64,000 bases of DNA from a virus. Taxonomy: Duplodnaviria; Heunggongvirae; Uroviricota; Caudoviricetes. The notes under the pieces are model-generated. The model made no database searches and was not told the DNA's origin. It was given only the letters and a program-made list of their open reading frames with translations. Location: the IMG/VR virus record IMGVR_UViG_3300025011_000017, one strand, 5' to 3'. Within the stretch, counting starts at the first letter, position 1. Every line of letters starts with the position of its first letter. Positions 18,801-28,107 of the stretch are shown piece by piece. Both the position numbers and the translations under genes were made by a program.

Positions 18801-21684
18801 ATTGTGCTAATAAAGTATTCGCTTCTATAATATTTCCTTTTAAAGAACTAATTTCAACACTTAAATCTTTAAATACTTTTTTTGCATTTTCTACTCTATT
18901 ATATAATTTGCCTAATCCTTCAAATAATTTACTTATTGCCCATATAAGGCCCATAGTTGCAATCATCTGAAATGCCGCCATCGCCATTGTAGAACCTGCT
19001 ATAGCTACAGTTAAAGATTTAAATCCTCCTTGGATAGATAATAAACCTGCTCTTAAAGAACCTACAAACCCTAAATTTGCCATTGCAGAAAATGTTTGCT
19101 TTATTGTTGCCCATAATGCTTTAGCTCCGATTCCTATACTTTTAAATATTGCAATAATTGCTCCGCCTGTATAACTTAATGCTGTAGGTGGCGGTATTAC
19201 AAAAGCACCTTTCATAGTAGAATTCATTATTGCTAATTCAGTTGCGGTTTGTCTGGTTAATAATATATATGACTTTAATGGCCCTACATTTAAATAAGTT
19301 GCCATTAATCTTGTAATTGCGGCTTGATTTATTTTTGCATGAGTTGAAAATGCAGAAATTGCAAATACCGCTAATCCAAAAACGACAGGTAATCCACCTA
19401 TTACCCCTGAAAATTTATTTAATACTCCCATCATTACTGTTGATAATTCTACAAAAGTCTTTAATGTACTAGAATCTGCTAATGATAAGTAAAATTGATT
19501 AAATGTTTCTTTAAGTTGAATTAATTTTGCTGTTAAAGATTCCATATAAATCGCTTGCTTTTGCATAGCAACTCCCTCAGAATCCTCTGCGGCCTTTGTA
19601 TTATTTAAAACTTTTTCCCAGTTATCCATAGTTGCTAAGAAAATGTTCTTCTGACGCACTCCTGCCGCATCAAGGGCAATTTGATTTTTTTCTACATCAT
19701 TCATAGTTTTCCATTTTATAGCTAATTCATCAAATATGTCTCCCATGGGTTTAATAGTTGTCGCACTTGATTTTATGCTTACACCAATATCATAAAAAGA
19801 TTTTTCTATCTTTTTAAATGCATCAGCATCAGCTTCATCCCCAACATTAGTAATTCTAGAGAATATTGTTTTATATGCGTTACCAATAACGTCTCCGCTC
19901 ATACGAGTTACTTCAGCAGTAGTACCAACCATAGCAGATAATTTTTCAAATTTTAGTCCTGCCATTTCTGCAACGCTACCAACTCGTTCAATACCATTTG
20001 CAACTTCTTTCATTGCATCTCCATAGTCAATTTGTAAATTTCTTGCCACACCAGAAAATACATCGACTATATGAAGCGCTGAATCTGCGCTCATTTTGAA
20101 TTGCATTTGTACAGCTAAAATAGCACTTGAGGAATTCTTAATCGAATCTCCTGTTAAGTTTGACATTATAACTGCCGCTTTTGAGCGATTCATAGTTTCA
20201 CTTATTGTATTGTTATAGTTACCGAATACTTTAATAGCTTCTGCAACATTTTGAGTTGAACTTCCCATAGATATAGCAAATTTATTTGCACTTGTTGTTA
20301 ATTCTTTAAAATCAAGAACTGTGTTGGTCATTTCCATTTGGAGAGTCGTAAAAGTATAATCCATATCTTTTATAAAATTCAATGCATCTTTAATTTGTTG
20401 AATTGCACCAAATATTATCGTTCCTACTCCTAGCCATACCATCATTTTCGTTGCGGCTCTTGCTATAGTTTCTCCAAATGTTTGAACTCTACTATTTACA
20501 ATTGATATCTGTTCAGACTGAGCCTTTAAGTCCATAGCTTTAAGCTGATTAGGTATCGAGCCTAAAGTTGTTTTTAAATTTGCTGTTGCAGGAGTAAGAG
20601 AATTTATCAATGCCAAAAGACGTTGCATTTCTGCAATTTGAGAAGCATAAGATACTTTTGAAGATCTATCTTGTATTTGCAATCTATATTTTTCTTTTAT
20701 ATTATTTAATTCTAAATCAGACATTACTTTATTTTGTGTCATAGTTCCATTAGCCAATTTTAATGATTGATTTATTCTATCATAAGTATATTTCATATTA
20801 GTTACTTCATTATTTGCCTCTTTAATATGAATTGTAGTATTTCCCATTAAATCATTAGAATGTTTAACCTCTACTCCTACTGCGCGAAATTTTTGTTCCA
20901 TTTTACTTACTGCTAATAAATATGCTTGTTCTTGTTGACTAGGATTTTTAAAATCAAAAAGAGTAGTAGTAGCTTTATTGGTATTATTAGTATTATTATT
21001 TAATGCTCTGAATGCAATATCTGCATTAGTTTTAATATCTTTTAAATCTGCTTTAATTTTTATAAAGTTATTACGTAAATCTTCATTTAGTTTTAATCCT
21101 TTTAACTTTTTATCTAAAGCGTCTAAATATGCTAAACCTTCTTTATCAATTGCTCCTGATACCTTTGATCCTCTTAAAGCAGTAGCTATATTATTAAGCT
21201 CTTGTTTATAAGTTCCCAAATCATTCTTAAGTTTATCAATCATATCTTGATTTAGTTTTGTAATTTTTTGTGTTGATTGCATCATTACTTTTTTAGTTTT
21301 TTCACCTGCATCATTATATTGTTGTACTAATTGCTGTGTAATTTGAACTGTATTTCCAGTAACAGTATGCAAAACCCCAATTGATTTAGTAAGTCTAAGT
21401 ACGCCATTTTCATCTTTTTGCCAATCTTGTGTAAGTATTTTTATATCTTTCATTTTTGCTAAAGGTGTAACCATTTTTTCGAATCCTTTTTTTATTTTTT
21501 CCGTTTCAGTCTTTGCACCTTGAGCGAGACGTTCTAATCCTTTGATCGCTTCTTCTGAAATATTTATTCTAACTTTAAGATTATTTTTATCTATTGCTGT
21601 TTGCATTTTAAGAATTTGAGAATCAATTTCTGCTTGATTAAATATTAATGATACTTTTACTCCGATACTATAATCTGAAGCCAC
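15838..21684 (-). CDS. tape measure protein (TP901-like core), 1948 aa
   Basis: Long helical protein with GNAYKTIFSRI and AAGVRQKNIF core motifs and hydrophobic central segments. Confidence 0.92.
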   Translation of the reverse strand: MASDYSIGVKVSLIFNQAEIDSQILKMQTAIDKNNLKVRINISEEAIKGLERLAQGAKTETEKIKKGFEKMVTPLAKMKDIKILTQDWQKDENGVLRLTKSIGVLHTVTGNTVQITQQLVQQYNDAGEKTKKVMMQSTQKITKLNQDMIDKLKNDLGTYKQELNNIATALRGSKVSGAIDKEGLAYLDALDKKLKGLKLNEDLRNNFIKIKADLKDIKTNADIAFRALNNNTNNTNKATTTLFDFKNPSQQEQAYLLAVSKMEQKFRAVGVEVKHSNDLMGNTTIHIKEANNEVTNMKYTYDRINQSLKLANGTMTQNKVMSDLELNNIKEKYRLQIQDRSSKVSYASQIAEMQRLLALINSLTPATANLKTTLGSIPNQLKAMDLKAQSEQISIVNSRVQTFGETIARAATKMMVWLGVGTIIFGAIQQIKDALNFIKDMDYTFTTLQMEMTNTVLDFKELTTSANKFAISMGSSTQNVAEAIKVFGNYNNTISETMNRSKAAVIMSNLTGDSIKNSSSAILAVQMQFKMSADSALHIVDVFSGVARNLQIDYGDAMKEVANGIERVGSVAEMAGLKFEKLSAMVGTTAEVTRMSGDVIGNAYKTIFSRITNVGDEADADAFKKIEKSFYDIGVSIKSSATTIKPMGDIFDELAIKWKTMNDVEKNQIALDAAGVRQKNIFLATMDNWEKVLNNTKAAEDSEGVAMQKQAIYMESLTAKLIQLKETFNQFYLSLADSSTLKTFVELSTVMMGVLNKFSGVIGGLPVVFGLAVFAISAFSTHAKINQAAITRLMATYLNVGPLKSYILLTRQTATELAIMNSTMKGAFVIPPPTALSYTGGAIIAIFKSIGIGAKALWATIKQTFSAMANLGFVGSLRAGLLSIQGGFKSLTVAIAGSTMAMAAFQMIATMGLIWAISKLFEGLGKLYNRVENAKKVFKDLSVEISSLKGNIIEANTLLAQLQELQEKQNNQTLNTEDSQKLLDLKVKLAEILPNTTTGYTAEGKAISDNSDMIREQIALNKELAKSKQQELINSSIGKDTRKEYQDNNEDLQKLIKLRETYKKGSLDNQNNPVVKLYYDTNLKNVTKEISELYPELDKSKTALNDWIIALDESSDGAKLGALNINALINVLKESKDIDMEKLIPNLKNSTFIDELKSANEELNKMRDSGSNQNELNTRYDELAERLQHLLQYEGKMSDSDGQSFLNKVFKIPNVRTATQDIKDLTDATLQFNTKIKTQANELGEINQLISDNNNGIKVQGSNIMDLILKYPDLTEAMIVQNGQISFSTAGLEILRLKRIDEMKTSLNAEIEKVNATQNGVGARLKAYGVEIDALMTLAEAQDEIAEGQKRLYEEASESGDAGIQNKKIAQFQKDADNIIKLVKAKENMDKLINQVFTNDQFGVNTSKADSNASKAESAAEREAQAWETLTDELNKYIDAVTIAQQKRKEDFDATGAKLHAGFLAGADASSAKIQTEETYVNDLFGAYNDLQKSILDWRVKQDKFKVGTREYDAIENKIKEINELQAKSSKLAEAEVPILAKMKKEWNDMYKPIETMKNSFNAVESKIKSVSETFKNSIRDISTKVNFNTIMNTDSSGTGKELFESLLNTYKARITDFYSLMDDLRRVDTQKTDQFVALTKKKNEGTISESEEAILNEISNWDELNDKLVEYGLTVEEITKIQKDYAEISAIVTKQENERKKAKSNIEAEQAKLEKMNDQLTIEKQITDLRDKQLKLAQAQDDIEKEKLNRNNEVILASGEKTLTYDVSKVQELYKAKEIAQKEVDDTLRQQDLESQKEAISDEIKAKQQYLDTKLPELQEKEMAQYVTKWSMITNKQFSQENALGVIQTAGANSRIETMKLELKAVRELWDLRIKNASEAGKAEKEAFASGLAGNAYIPANYSNPNMGSSVKIVNNIVSIDGISLTNDESKGFIDYLRSLGLIENSN

Positions 21685-21757
21685 TTACACCACTCTCCTT
21701 ATTTAAACTTTACATTTACTTTAAATAATGAAGATTAATGACATCTTCTTAAAGTAT

Positions 21758-22777
21758 TTATGACTTATTTTCTTCTAAATATGCTTTTAACTTATCTAAA
21801 CCTTTCCATTTTTTATCTTTAGATGTACTATCGTTATATAAAGAAACTAAACTAGAATCTGACCATTTTTGTAAATCTTTTACAAAATCTTCTTCACAAC
21901 CAGATTTTAATAAATAAGTTGTCCAGTAATGTCTTCCTGCGTGTGCATACCATGTTCTTCCTAAGAATTTTGTCCATTTTTTCATCCATCTTCTTAAAGT
22001 AATTACATCAGCAGGACTTCCATTCTTTTTAATAAATATAAATTCATGATTTTGATTATTTTTCTTCATAATCGCATCTCTTACTGTCAACCAATTTACA
22101 TAGTGTTGTTCGAATATATCTTTTATTATATATCTGTGAATTTTTTTACCATTTTTGCCTCTACCTTTTACCTGCATTTCTTTAGTAGTTTCTAAAAACA
22201 AATCTTCATAAGCTATATTATTTAAATCTATTAACTCTGTTGTAAATCTAACCAACTCACTAATTCTAGAACCAGAACCCATTATTAAAGCAAGTAAACA
22301 CACTTCTTGATCTAACCCTTTACTTTTTAACCATTTAGATAAATTTTCTAATTCTTCTGTAGAAAATACAGACTTTTCTCTTACTAGCTCTTTATGTAAT
22401 TTTTCTATTTTTTTAACATTATTTTTAAAATTAGGATAATCATCATCTAATACATTTTCAACAAACGTACTTAAGGAGCTTAATGAGCTATGAACTTGTG
22501 CAAATCTATTTGAACTCCATTTTAAATCAGTTACAGCGTAATCAAAAAAATCCATTAATTGAGATTTTTTAATATTAATAAAAAAAACATTATTATTATG
22601 CAGTAAATTCCATACAAAAAATATATTAAAATTTGATGTATACGAATTTACCGAAGTATCTGATCGTTTAGTATTAAAATTTCTTAAAAATTTATCTACT
22701 AATTTCTTATTTTCAGGATTAATCTGATTAATTAATTCTGGTGTAGTTATTTTATGGCGAAATGTAGTGCGACTCAT
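21758..22777 (-). CDS. tyrosine recombinase/integrase family protein
   Basis: GSRISE (R), HAGRHYW (H-x-x-R), QKW (W in place of H) and C-terminal Tyr (VSLYND). Confidence 0.88.
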   Translation of the reverse strand: MSRTTFRHKITTPELINQINPENKKLVDKFLRNFNTKRSDTSVNSYTSNFNIFFVWNLLHNNNVFFINIKKSQLMDFFDYAVTDLKWSSNRFAQVHSSLSSLSTFVENVLDDDYPNFKNNVKKIEKLHKELVREKSVFSTEELENLSKWLKSKGLDQEVCLLALIMGSGSRISELVRFTTELIDLNNIAYEDLFLETTKEMQVKGRGKNGKKIHRYIIKDIFEQHYVNWLTVRDAIMKKNNQNHEFIFIKKNGSPADVITLRRWMKKWTKFLGRTWYAHAGRHYWTTYLLKSGCEEDFVKDLQKWSDSSLVSLYNDSTSKDKKWKGLDKLKAYLEENKS

Positions 22778-22789
22778 TATAATTACCTC

Positions 22790-23200
22790 CTATATATTTA
22801 CAAACCCCTGTATATCCATTATATAACCATATAAATTTGAATCATCTTCTATATATTGTGGTGATTCAATACGAACATTTCTCAATCCTTTTTCGGAAAA
22901 TAAATTTTTATTATTATTAATAAAATATTCTATTTCTCCAGTAATCTTGCTTGCTCCACCATCTTCAATATCAAAACAAAATATAGTTAAATAAAATTCT
23001 TTTTTGGCTTGAATAGTTCCATAATTAATAATATTTGATCTCGGATGTAATATTAAAATTGTGGGTTTTTCAATTACTCTTGAAATATCTAATTTTTCTG
23101 TTTCAATAATATAATTAGAAAATTGTTCTTTTATGATTTCATAACAAATAGACCAAATCGAATTTAAATAATTAGTAGAATCAAATATCATATTAATCAC
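22790..23200 (-). CDS. tail terminator/completion protein
   Basis: Size, position and alpha/beta pattern typical of tail completion proteins. Confidence 0.5.
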   Translation of the reverse strand: MINMIFDSTNYLNSIWSICYEIIKEQFSNYIIETEKLDISRVIEKPTILILHPRSNIINYGTIQAKKEFYLTIFCFDIEDGGASKITGEIEYFINNNKNLFSEKGLRNVRIESPQYIEDDSNLYGYIMDIQGFVNI

Positions 23201-23685
23201 CCACTACCTTTATTAATATCTTTAATAACTTTTTTAACCATATCTTTAAGATAATCTCTTACAGGTTTTCTCATTTTTATATATGTACTCCTCATAAATT
23301 TTCTTGGTTTTTTAGCTTCTTTGCCTGTTTTCTTAAAGTAATACATACCATTTGTACCATTTCCACCCTCAACTAAAGCCGAAACATCTCTTCCAGTTTT
23401 TTCATCTTTTCTACGACTACCAATTTCTAAATTAATTCCATTACCATCTATATTATTAGCTATTGATAAAGGCATATTAATTGGATCTTGAAGTCCTCCA
23501 TGAATCCCTTTTCTTTTATACATCTTAGGTTGATACTTATCATAAACTTCTGATTGAATTTCTTGTGATATTTGATGTTGTATTTTTGTCCCTAAATCTA
23601 CAGCTTTAGACGTAAATTCTTTTTCTAACATTCTTACAAGATCTTTACCTAAAAAACTTATATCTCTACCCATATTACTCACCAA
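23197..23685 (-). CDS. HK97 gp10-like neck/tail completion protein
   Basis: VYDKYQPKMYKR and C-terminal PRKFMRST motifs. Confidence 0.55.
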   Translation of the reverse strand: MVSNMGRDISFLGKDLVRMLEKEFTSKAVDLGTKIQHQISQEIQSEVYDKYQPKMYKRKGIHGGLQDPINMPLSIANNIDGNGINLEIGSRRKDEKTGRDVSALVEGGNGTNGMYYFKKTGKEAKKPRKFMRSTYIKMRKPVRDYLKDMVKKVIKDINKGSG

Positions 23686-24154
23686 TTCCTAATGGTTCAC
23701 AAATAAATACTTGTAATTGAGGATAATCTTTTAATTTATTAAAATACCAAGTATAACTTAAGTTATATTTAGGTTTAACTTTTTTCGGAAAGTCTTCATC
23801 AGGATATAAATAAAATCTCATACTATTTTTTTCATCATCTGTCATAGCTTTTAAATTCAACTTGCTTTCCCAAGGAATAAATATACCATAGCTACCTAAT
23901 GGAATACCGCTTAAAGCAATAGTGTCTTTATCATCTCCAACCTGTTTACCTTGTTTTATTAATCCTAATATATCTATTATTTTTTCAACAGCTATACTTT
24001 GTACATTTTGAGTAAACTTATCTTTTAATCCCGTTCCTGAAAGCGTATAAATTACTCTTATGGGAACAATTGATTGAAGTTTAATCATTTCATAATGTTG
24101 ATCTGCAAGTTCTTTTGTAAATACATCGTCAATCTCAAACATTTGTCTCACCAC
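23675..24154 (-). CDS. putative head closure/adaptor protein
   Basis: Position and size only. Confidence 0.35.
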   Translation of the reverse strand: MVRQMFEIDDVFTKELADQHYEMIKLQSIVPIRVIYTLSGTGLKDKFTQNVQSIAVEKIIDILGLIKQGKQVGDDKDTIALSGIPLGSYGIFIPWESKLNLKAMTDDEKNSMRFYLYPDEDFPKKVKPKYNLSYTWYFNKLKDYPQLQVFICEPLGIGE

Positions 24155-24156
24155 CT

Positions 24157-24191
24157 AAAAAAATAAAGGGAAAGTAAAATTACTTTCCCTT
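24157..24191 (-). terminator. intrinsic terminator-like hairpin
   Basis: AAGGGAAAGTA/TACTTTCCCTT stem overlapping the stop codon, with a T run on the - strand. Confidence 0.65.
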
Positions 24192-24626
24192 CTTAGTATC
24201 ATTCTGTGATTTGTTATAAGAATATTCTTGAAACTCACCATCTAATGAATATTCTTCTGAAGTTGCTTGCCATAATAACTCATCTTCTTCATTAAGTCTT
24301 TCCATCAGAATATCTAAGATAAACTTCTTATTCATATATGGATTCTTTTGAGCAACTTTAAGAATAAATCCAACTTCATTTAATCCATTTTTATAATGAA
24401 TATTATCTTTAGTAGAATTTCCTAATAATTTATCGATATCATCTATTTTATTTTCAAGTTGTCTTATGTCTATCCAAATTAAATCACATGATTTATTCTC
24501 TTTTTCTAATTTATATATTTGCTCAAGCAACTTATCTATCTCATTGGCTGTTGATTCTCTAAGTTGCCCAAGTTCTTTTTTATATTTATCTGTTTTCGAT
24601 TTTTCTTCATTTGTTCGTGCAAGCAT
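24180..24626 (-). CDS. putative tail assembly chaperone, downstream (T-like) part
   Basis: No clear SD; the frame stays open about 85 nt upstream of the ATG and overlaps the previous gene in the +1 frame. Confidence 0.45.
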   Translation of the reverse strand: MLARTNEEKSKTDKYKKELGQLRESTANEIDKLLEQIYKLEKENKSCDLIWIDIRQLENKIDDIDKLLGNSTKDNIHYKNGLNEVGFILKVAQKNPYMNKKFILDILMERLNEEDELLWQATSEEYSLDGEFQEYSYNKSQNDTKKGK

Positions 24627-24663
24627 ACGTCTTACATTATGAATTCTCCATGGATCATATTCT

Positions 24664-25065
24664 TTAGCCTTGGAAGCGAAAGACTTCTGAAATAGCTTTA
24701 TTAAGTTCTACAAAAATCGCTATTCCACAGTCCTCCAAATCATTAACTACCTCATTAATATCTTCAGCAAAATCAACTTCTCCTCTTGTCATTGCTATCA
24801 AAAGAGCAACAGTTCGAAGCTTGTCAATTTTCTCATTTTCTCGCTTAGTATCCTCATGCTCAATATCAATAACCGTTTTACCTTCTTTATCAATAATGAC
24901 TGGATATTGTTTATCTTTATATTTCTCTGTAATTTGATTATAATCTTTTTGTGAAATATCATACAAATTAAATAGTATATTGCCTTGAAATTCAAAAGGA
25001 ATTTGTAATCTCTCATTTTTTAAATCTTTGAATGAAAATCTCTTCTCTTTAATTGCTTTTGTCAT
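24664..25065 (-). CDS. putative tail assembly chaperone (G-like)
   Basis: Directly follows the tail tube gene; 133 aa. Confidence 0.55.
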   Translation of the reverse strand: MTKAIKEKRFSFKDLKNERLQIPFEFQGNILFNLYDISQKDYNQITEKYKDKQYPVIIDKEGKTVIDIEHEDTKRENEKIDKLRTVALLIAMTRGEVDFAEDINEVVNDLEDCGIAIFVELNKAISEVFRFQG

Positions 25066-25201
25066 AGTAAAACACAGCCTTTCTTCCTATTAGCGATTTA
25101 ACCATTTGCTAATCGCCCTAAATGACCTTAAATCGCCATATTTGGCGTTATTTGACCCCTGTTTTTAGTATAGAATCTACATTCTATTACTTATGGATTT
25201 T

Positions 25202-25232
25202 AAAAAAGAAAAAGAGGGAGTGACCCCTCTTT
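25202..25232 (-). terminator. intrinsic terminator after the tail tube gene
   Basis: AAAGAGGG/CCCTCTTT stem with a T-rich tail on the - strand. Confidence 0.7.
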
Positions 25233-25236
25233 AAGA

Positions 25237-26076
25237 TTAAGAAATAGTAATTGATAAAACATTTGATAAAAATGATCCACCACTTGCAGTTGTTACTTTA
25301 GCTTGCACTCCTACGGCACCAGTTCCACTAAATTTAACTTTTAATTCATTATTACCACTTACTTCAGTAATTTCTGTGATAACCGGAGTTCCAGTAACTT
25401 TAACAATTGTGATAGATGTTATTTCACCCATAAGTTCTGGTGCAGTTAATGCAGTTAAATCTACATCAGTACTTTTAAAATCTTTAGCTGTAACAGTTAA
25501 AGTAGCACCTACTGTACCTACGGCAGTAGCTAAACCTGCAACGGTAACAGCAGTTGGCGTAATATCTTTAAACACACGCATATCTGAAGTTACGTTATAG
25601 GCTCCTTCACCAGTAGTTTTATAAAGAGCTTCTGCGTCTCCTTTTTCATTTGTTACATTTGTTAATTTTCCATTAACAAAATAAACTTCATAATATAACG
25701 GACGCCCTTGATCATCCAAAGGTTGACGGTCATCTGATAATGCTTCGGCAAACCATAATTGTTGACCTTTCAATTTACTGACAGAATTTAAGAACCCTTT
25801 ATATGTTTGGGTAATTTTCATTGTAGAAGTAACTTTTCCTTCTTTTGTCTCTGTTTGACTTCTTCCATCATAAACGTCGATTTTATTTGTAGTATCTGAT
25901 GCATCAAATGCATCAACGTGATAAATTCTATTCCATTCTGTTCCAATTGCAGGATCATATGATGTTATTGTTGTAGCTGTACTATAATAAATATCTCTCT
26001 CTGCCCCGATTACTGCTGAACCACCTTGTCCTAATTTACTAGGATCAAAAGTGTCTACGCCTTTGATAAATGCCAT
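25237..26076 (-). CDS. major tail tube protein with C-terminal Ig-like domain
   Basis: Thr/Gly/Val-rich, high-expression codon usage, strong SD, Ig-like C-terminus. Confidence 0.75.
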   Translation of the reverse strand: MAFIKGVDTFDPSKLGQGGSAVIGAERDIYYSTATTITSYDPAIGTEWNRIYHVDAFDASDTTNKIDVYDGRSQTETKEGKVTSTMKITQTYKGFLNSVSKLKGQQLWFAEALSDDRQPLDDQGRPLYYEVYFVNGKLTNVTNEKGDAEALYKTTGEGAYNVTSDMRVFKDITPTAVTVAGLATAVGTVGATLTVTAKDFKSTDVDLTALTAPELMGEITSITIVKVTGTPVITEITEVSGNNELKVKFSGTGAVGVQAKVTTASGGSFLSNVLSITIS

Positions 26077-26136
26077 TATTGACCACTCTCCTTAAAGTTT
26101 TAAATATATTATAAAAACTTTCATATATGAAAGTAA

Positions 26137-26421
26137 TTATTCTTTAATAATTATTAAATTTTCTGGCAATCTAGCAATACAACCACTTAAATTTAAAATG
26201 GATTTTCTTCCTTCTGGAAGATCAACGCTTAATTTAATTTCTCTACCAAATTCTTTAGTTAACGCTTCTTCTATTAAATATAAAGTAGAAATAGCTTTTT
26301 TGCCAACCATAAGCACCCATTCTTCAAGAGTAAGAATATTTTCATTTAATTCTTTATTTTCATTCATAAATGTTTCTTTAACTTGAACTATATAAGTTTC
26401 ACCATCCAATGTTACTTTCAT
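26137..26421 (-). CDS. hypothetical protein
   Basis: 94-aa co-oriented ORF. Confidence 0.65.
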   Translation of the reverse strand: MKVTLDGETYIVQVKETFMNENKELNENILTLEEWVLMVGKKAISTLYLIEEALTKEFGREIKLSVDLPEGRKSILNLSGCIARLPENLIIIKE

Positions 26422-26434
26422 TAAATCAAACCTC

Positions 26435-26815
26435 TCATAGTAAACTTGCTCTAAGCTGTTCTGTTGCTATTAAATTATTTTCTTTAAACTTCATAAGATT
26501 TTTAACTCTATCTTGCAATCCAGTTATTTTTACTACATCGCTTGATATGTTAATAGCTTTATTATAATTTCTTACTTCTTTGGCAAGATAAGAATCAAAC
26601 ATATACTTGCCAATAATATTCATTTCTACTTCATTTAAATCTTCACTAATTTCTTCTAAGTCATAATTAATAGACATTGGTTTTATTCCTACAATACAAG
26701 ATGCAAATGAATTTCTTAATAATGATTTTTGAGTTAAAGGATCAAAATTATCTACCTCTAATTCAGAAAAATTATCATTAAATCTAGTATATATTTCATA
26801 AAATGCTACGGACAT
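26435..26815 (-). CDS. putative head-tail connector protein
   Basis: Helical 126-aa protein at the start of the neck/tail module. Confidence 0.5.
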   Translation of the reverse strand: MSVAFYEIYTRFNDNFSELEVDNFDPLTQKSLLRNSFASCIVGIKPMSINYDLEEISEDLNEVEMNIIGKYMFDSYLAKEVRNYNKAINISSDVVKITGLQDRVKNLMKFKENNLIATEQLRASLL

Positions 26816-26831
26816 AGGTGTTTCACTTCCT

Positions 26832-27191
26832 TTATAATTCCTTATTTTTTCTAACCCATATCTTTAATATTTCTTGACTAGATACCTTTTTTGTACCATT
26901 AATTTCAATCCCTTGAACTTCTATATAATAATAACAATCTCCGTCAAACAAATCACCTTGTTTAATAATATACTCAAGTTTTTTATCATCATTATCTATT
27001 ATATTACACGGTTGAGTATAAACATTTTTAGGACTTTCACCTCTACGAACATTGACAAAAAAATTATAATTAGTAGTATCAATGTCAGATAGGTTCTCCT
27101 TATCCTTTAAGGATATAACTAAAGAGAATCCATGGTTTCCTTGTGTCCATATCCACTCTGTAGTTTTTATTCCTTGTTTCGCCACTATCAA
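26832..27191 (-). CDS. BppU N-terminal-like domain protein
   Basis: TQGNHGFSLVISLKD...LEYIIKQGDL...YYIEVQ pattern. Confidence 0.5.
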   Translation of the reverse strand: MIVAKQGIKTTEWIWTQGNHGFSLVISLKDKENLSDIDTTNYNFFVNVRRGESPKNVYTQPCNIIDNDDKKLEYIIKQGDLFDGDCYYYIEVQGIEINGTKKVSSQEILKIWVRKNKEL

Positions 27192-27198
27192 TCACCTC

Positions 27199-28089
27199 TT
27201 AAATCATCAATTCAATCTCGAATATAGTTTGTATATTAAGTATTTCTTCATATATTTTAACAAAATCTCCAAGATCAATTGTTGCTTTAATTGATGTTAA
27301 TCCAGATATTCCTATACTTACTTCATTCAATGAAGTACCTGTTCCATTCTTTCCTCTAATTGAATAAGTATAACTATTACTATCAAAATCTACAATGTAT
27401 CCATCTTGATTCCAAGGTAAAACAGCAATTGAATCTCCATAATTTTGTTGACCAACATTTCTCCGCAATATTTCTACTTCAGATACTTCGTCACCATCCC
27501 AAATTATTTTTATTTTATCTTTAGATATTAGATCTAAATCTATATTTAATAATGAAATTACTTTTTCTTTTAAACCAAATTCTACCATATTATCTGTAAT
27601 AAGTTTTTCTTTAAAATTTAATATCATTCCATTAAGAATTTGTTCTTTAAAATCTAGATATACTTTAATTTTCGGTAAATTTACATTTATGTCCAAATAA
27701 GAAATTCCACCATAGACTTCTGAGTCGAAATATGGTATAAATAAATATGGATTGTTTAAATCATCAAATAATTCCCAATATTTATTTGTTTTAGTTAATA
27801 AATATGGAGTTCCAGAAGGATTTAAAACAATTTTAGAAAAATCGCGATATGCTGAAGGGAATGGTGTTCCAGATGGCATTAAACTTCCTATTGGAGTAAA
27901 CCCAGTTATAAAAATTTTATCTCCTTCATGATAAGCTTCTTCAATATCTGTGTCAAAATCTATAGATATAAATTGATATTGATTATTATAAAGAAAATAC
28001 CATCCACTATTTAATTCAGGAGTTTCGTATATATCATTTATAATTATATTCTCATCAAAATCTCCTATAGGATGTGCTACAATAGTCAT
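27199..28089 (-). CDS. hypothetical virion-associated protein
   Basis: Co-oriented with SD; FN3-like C-terminus (YTYSIRGKNG). Confidence 0.55.
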   Translation of the reverse strand: MTIVAHPIGDFDENIIINDIYETPELNSGWYFLYNNQYQFISIDFDTDIEEAYHEGDKIFITGFTPIGSLMPSGTPFPSAYRDFSKIVLNPSGTPYLLTKTNKYWELFDDLNNPYLFIPYFDSEVYGGISYLDINVNLPKIKVYLDFKEQILNGMILNFKEKLITDNMVEFGLKEKVISLLNIDLDLISKDKIKIIWDGDEVSEVEILRRNVGQQNYGDSIAVLPWNQDGYIVDFDSNSYTYSIRGKNGTGTSLNEVSIGISGLTSIKATIDLGDFVKIYEEILNIQTIFEIELMI

Positions 28090-28107
28090 CTTTAATCACC
28101 ACGTTTC

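Noticed and set aside
26117-26134. Perfect 18-bp palindrome ACTTTCATATATGAAAGT upstream of the tail tube gene as a late operator
   Set aside because: No second copy was found upstream of other late genes, so it cannot be supported as a regulon motif.
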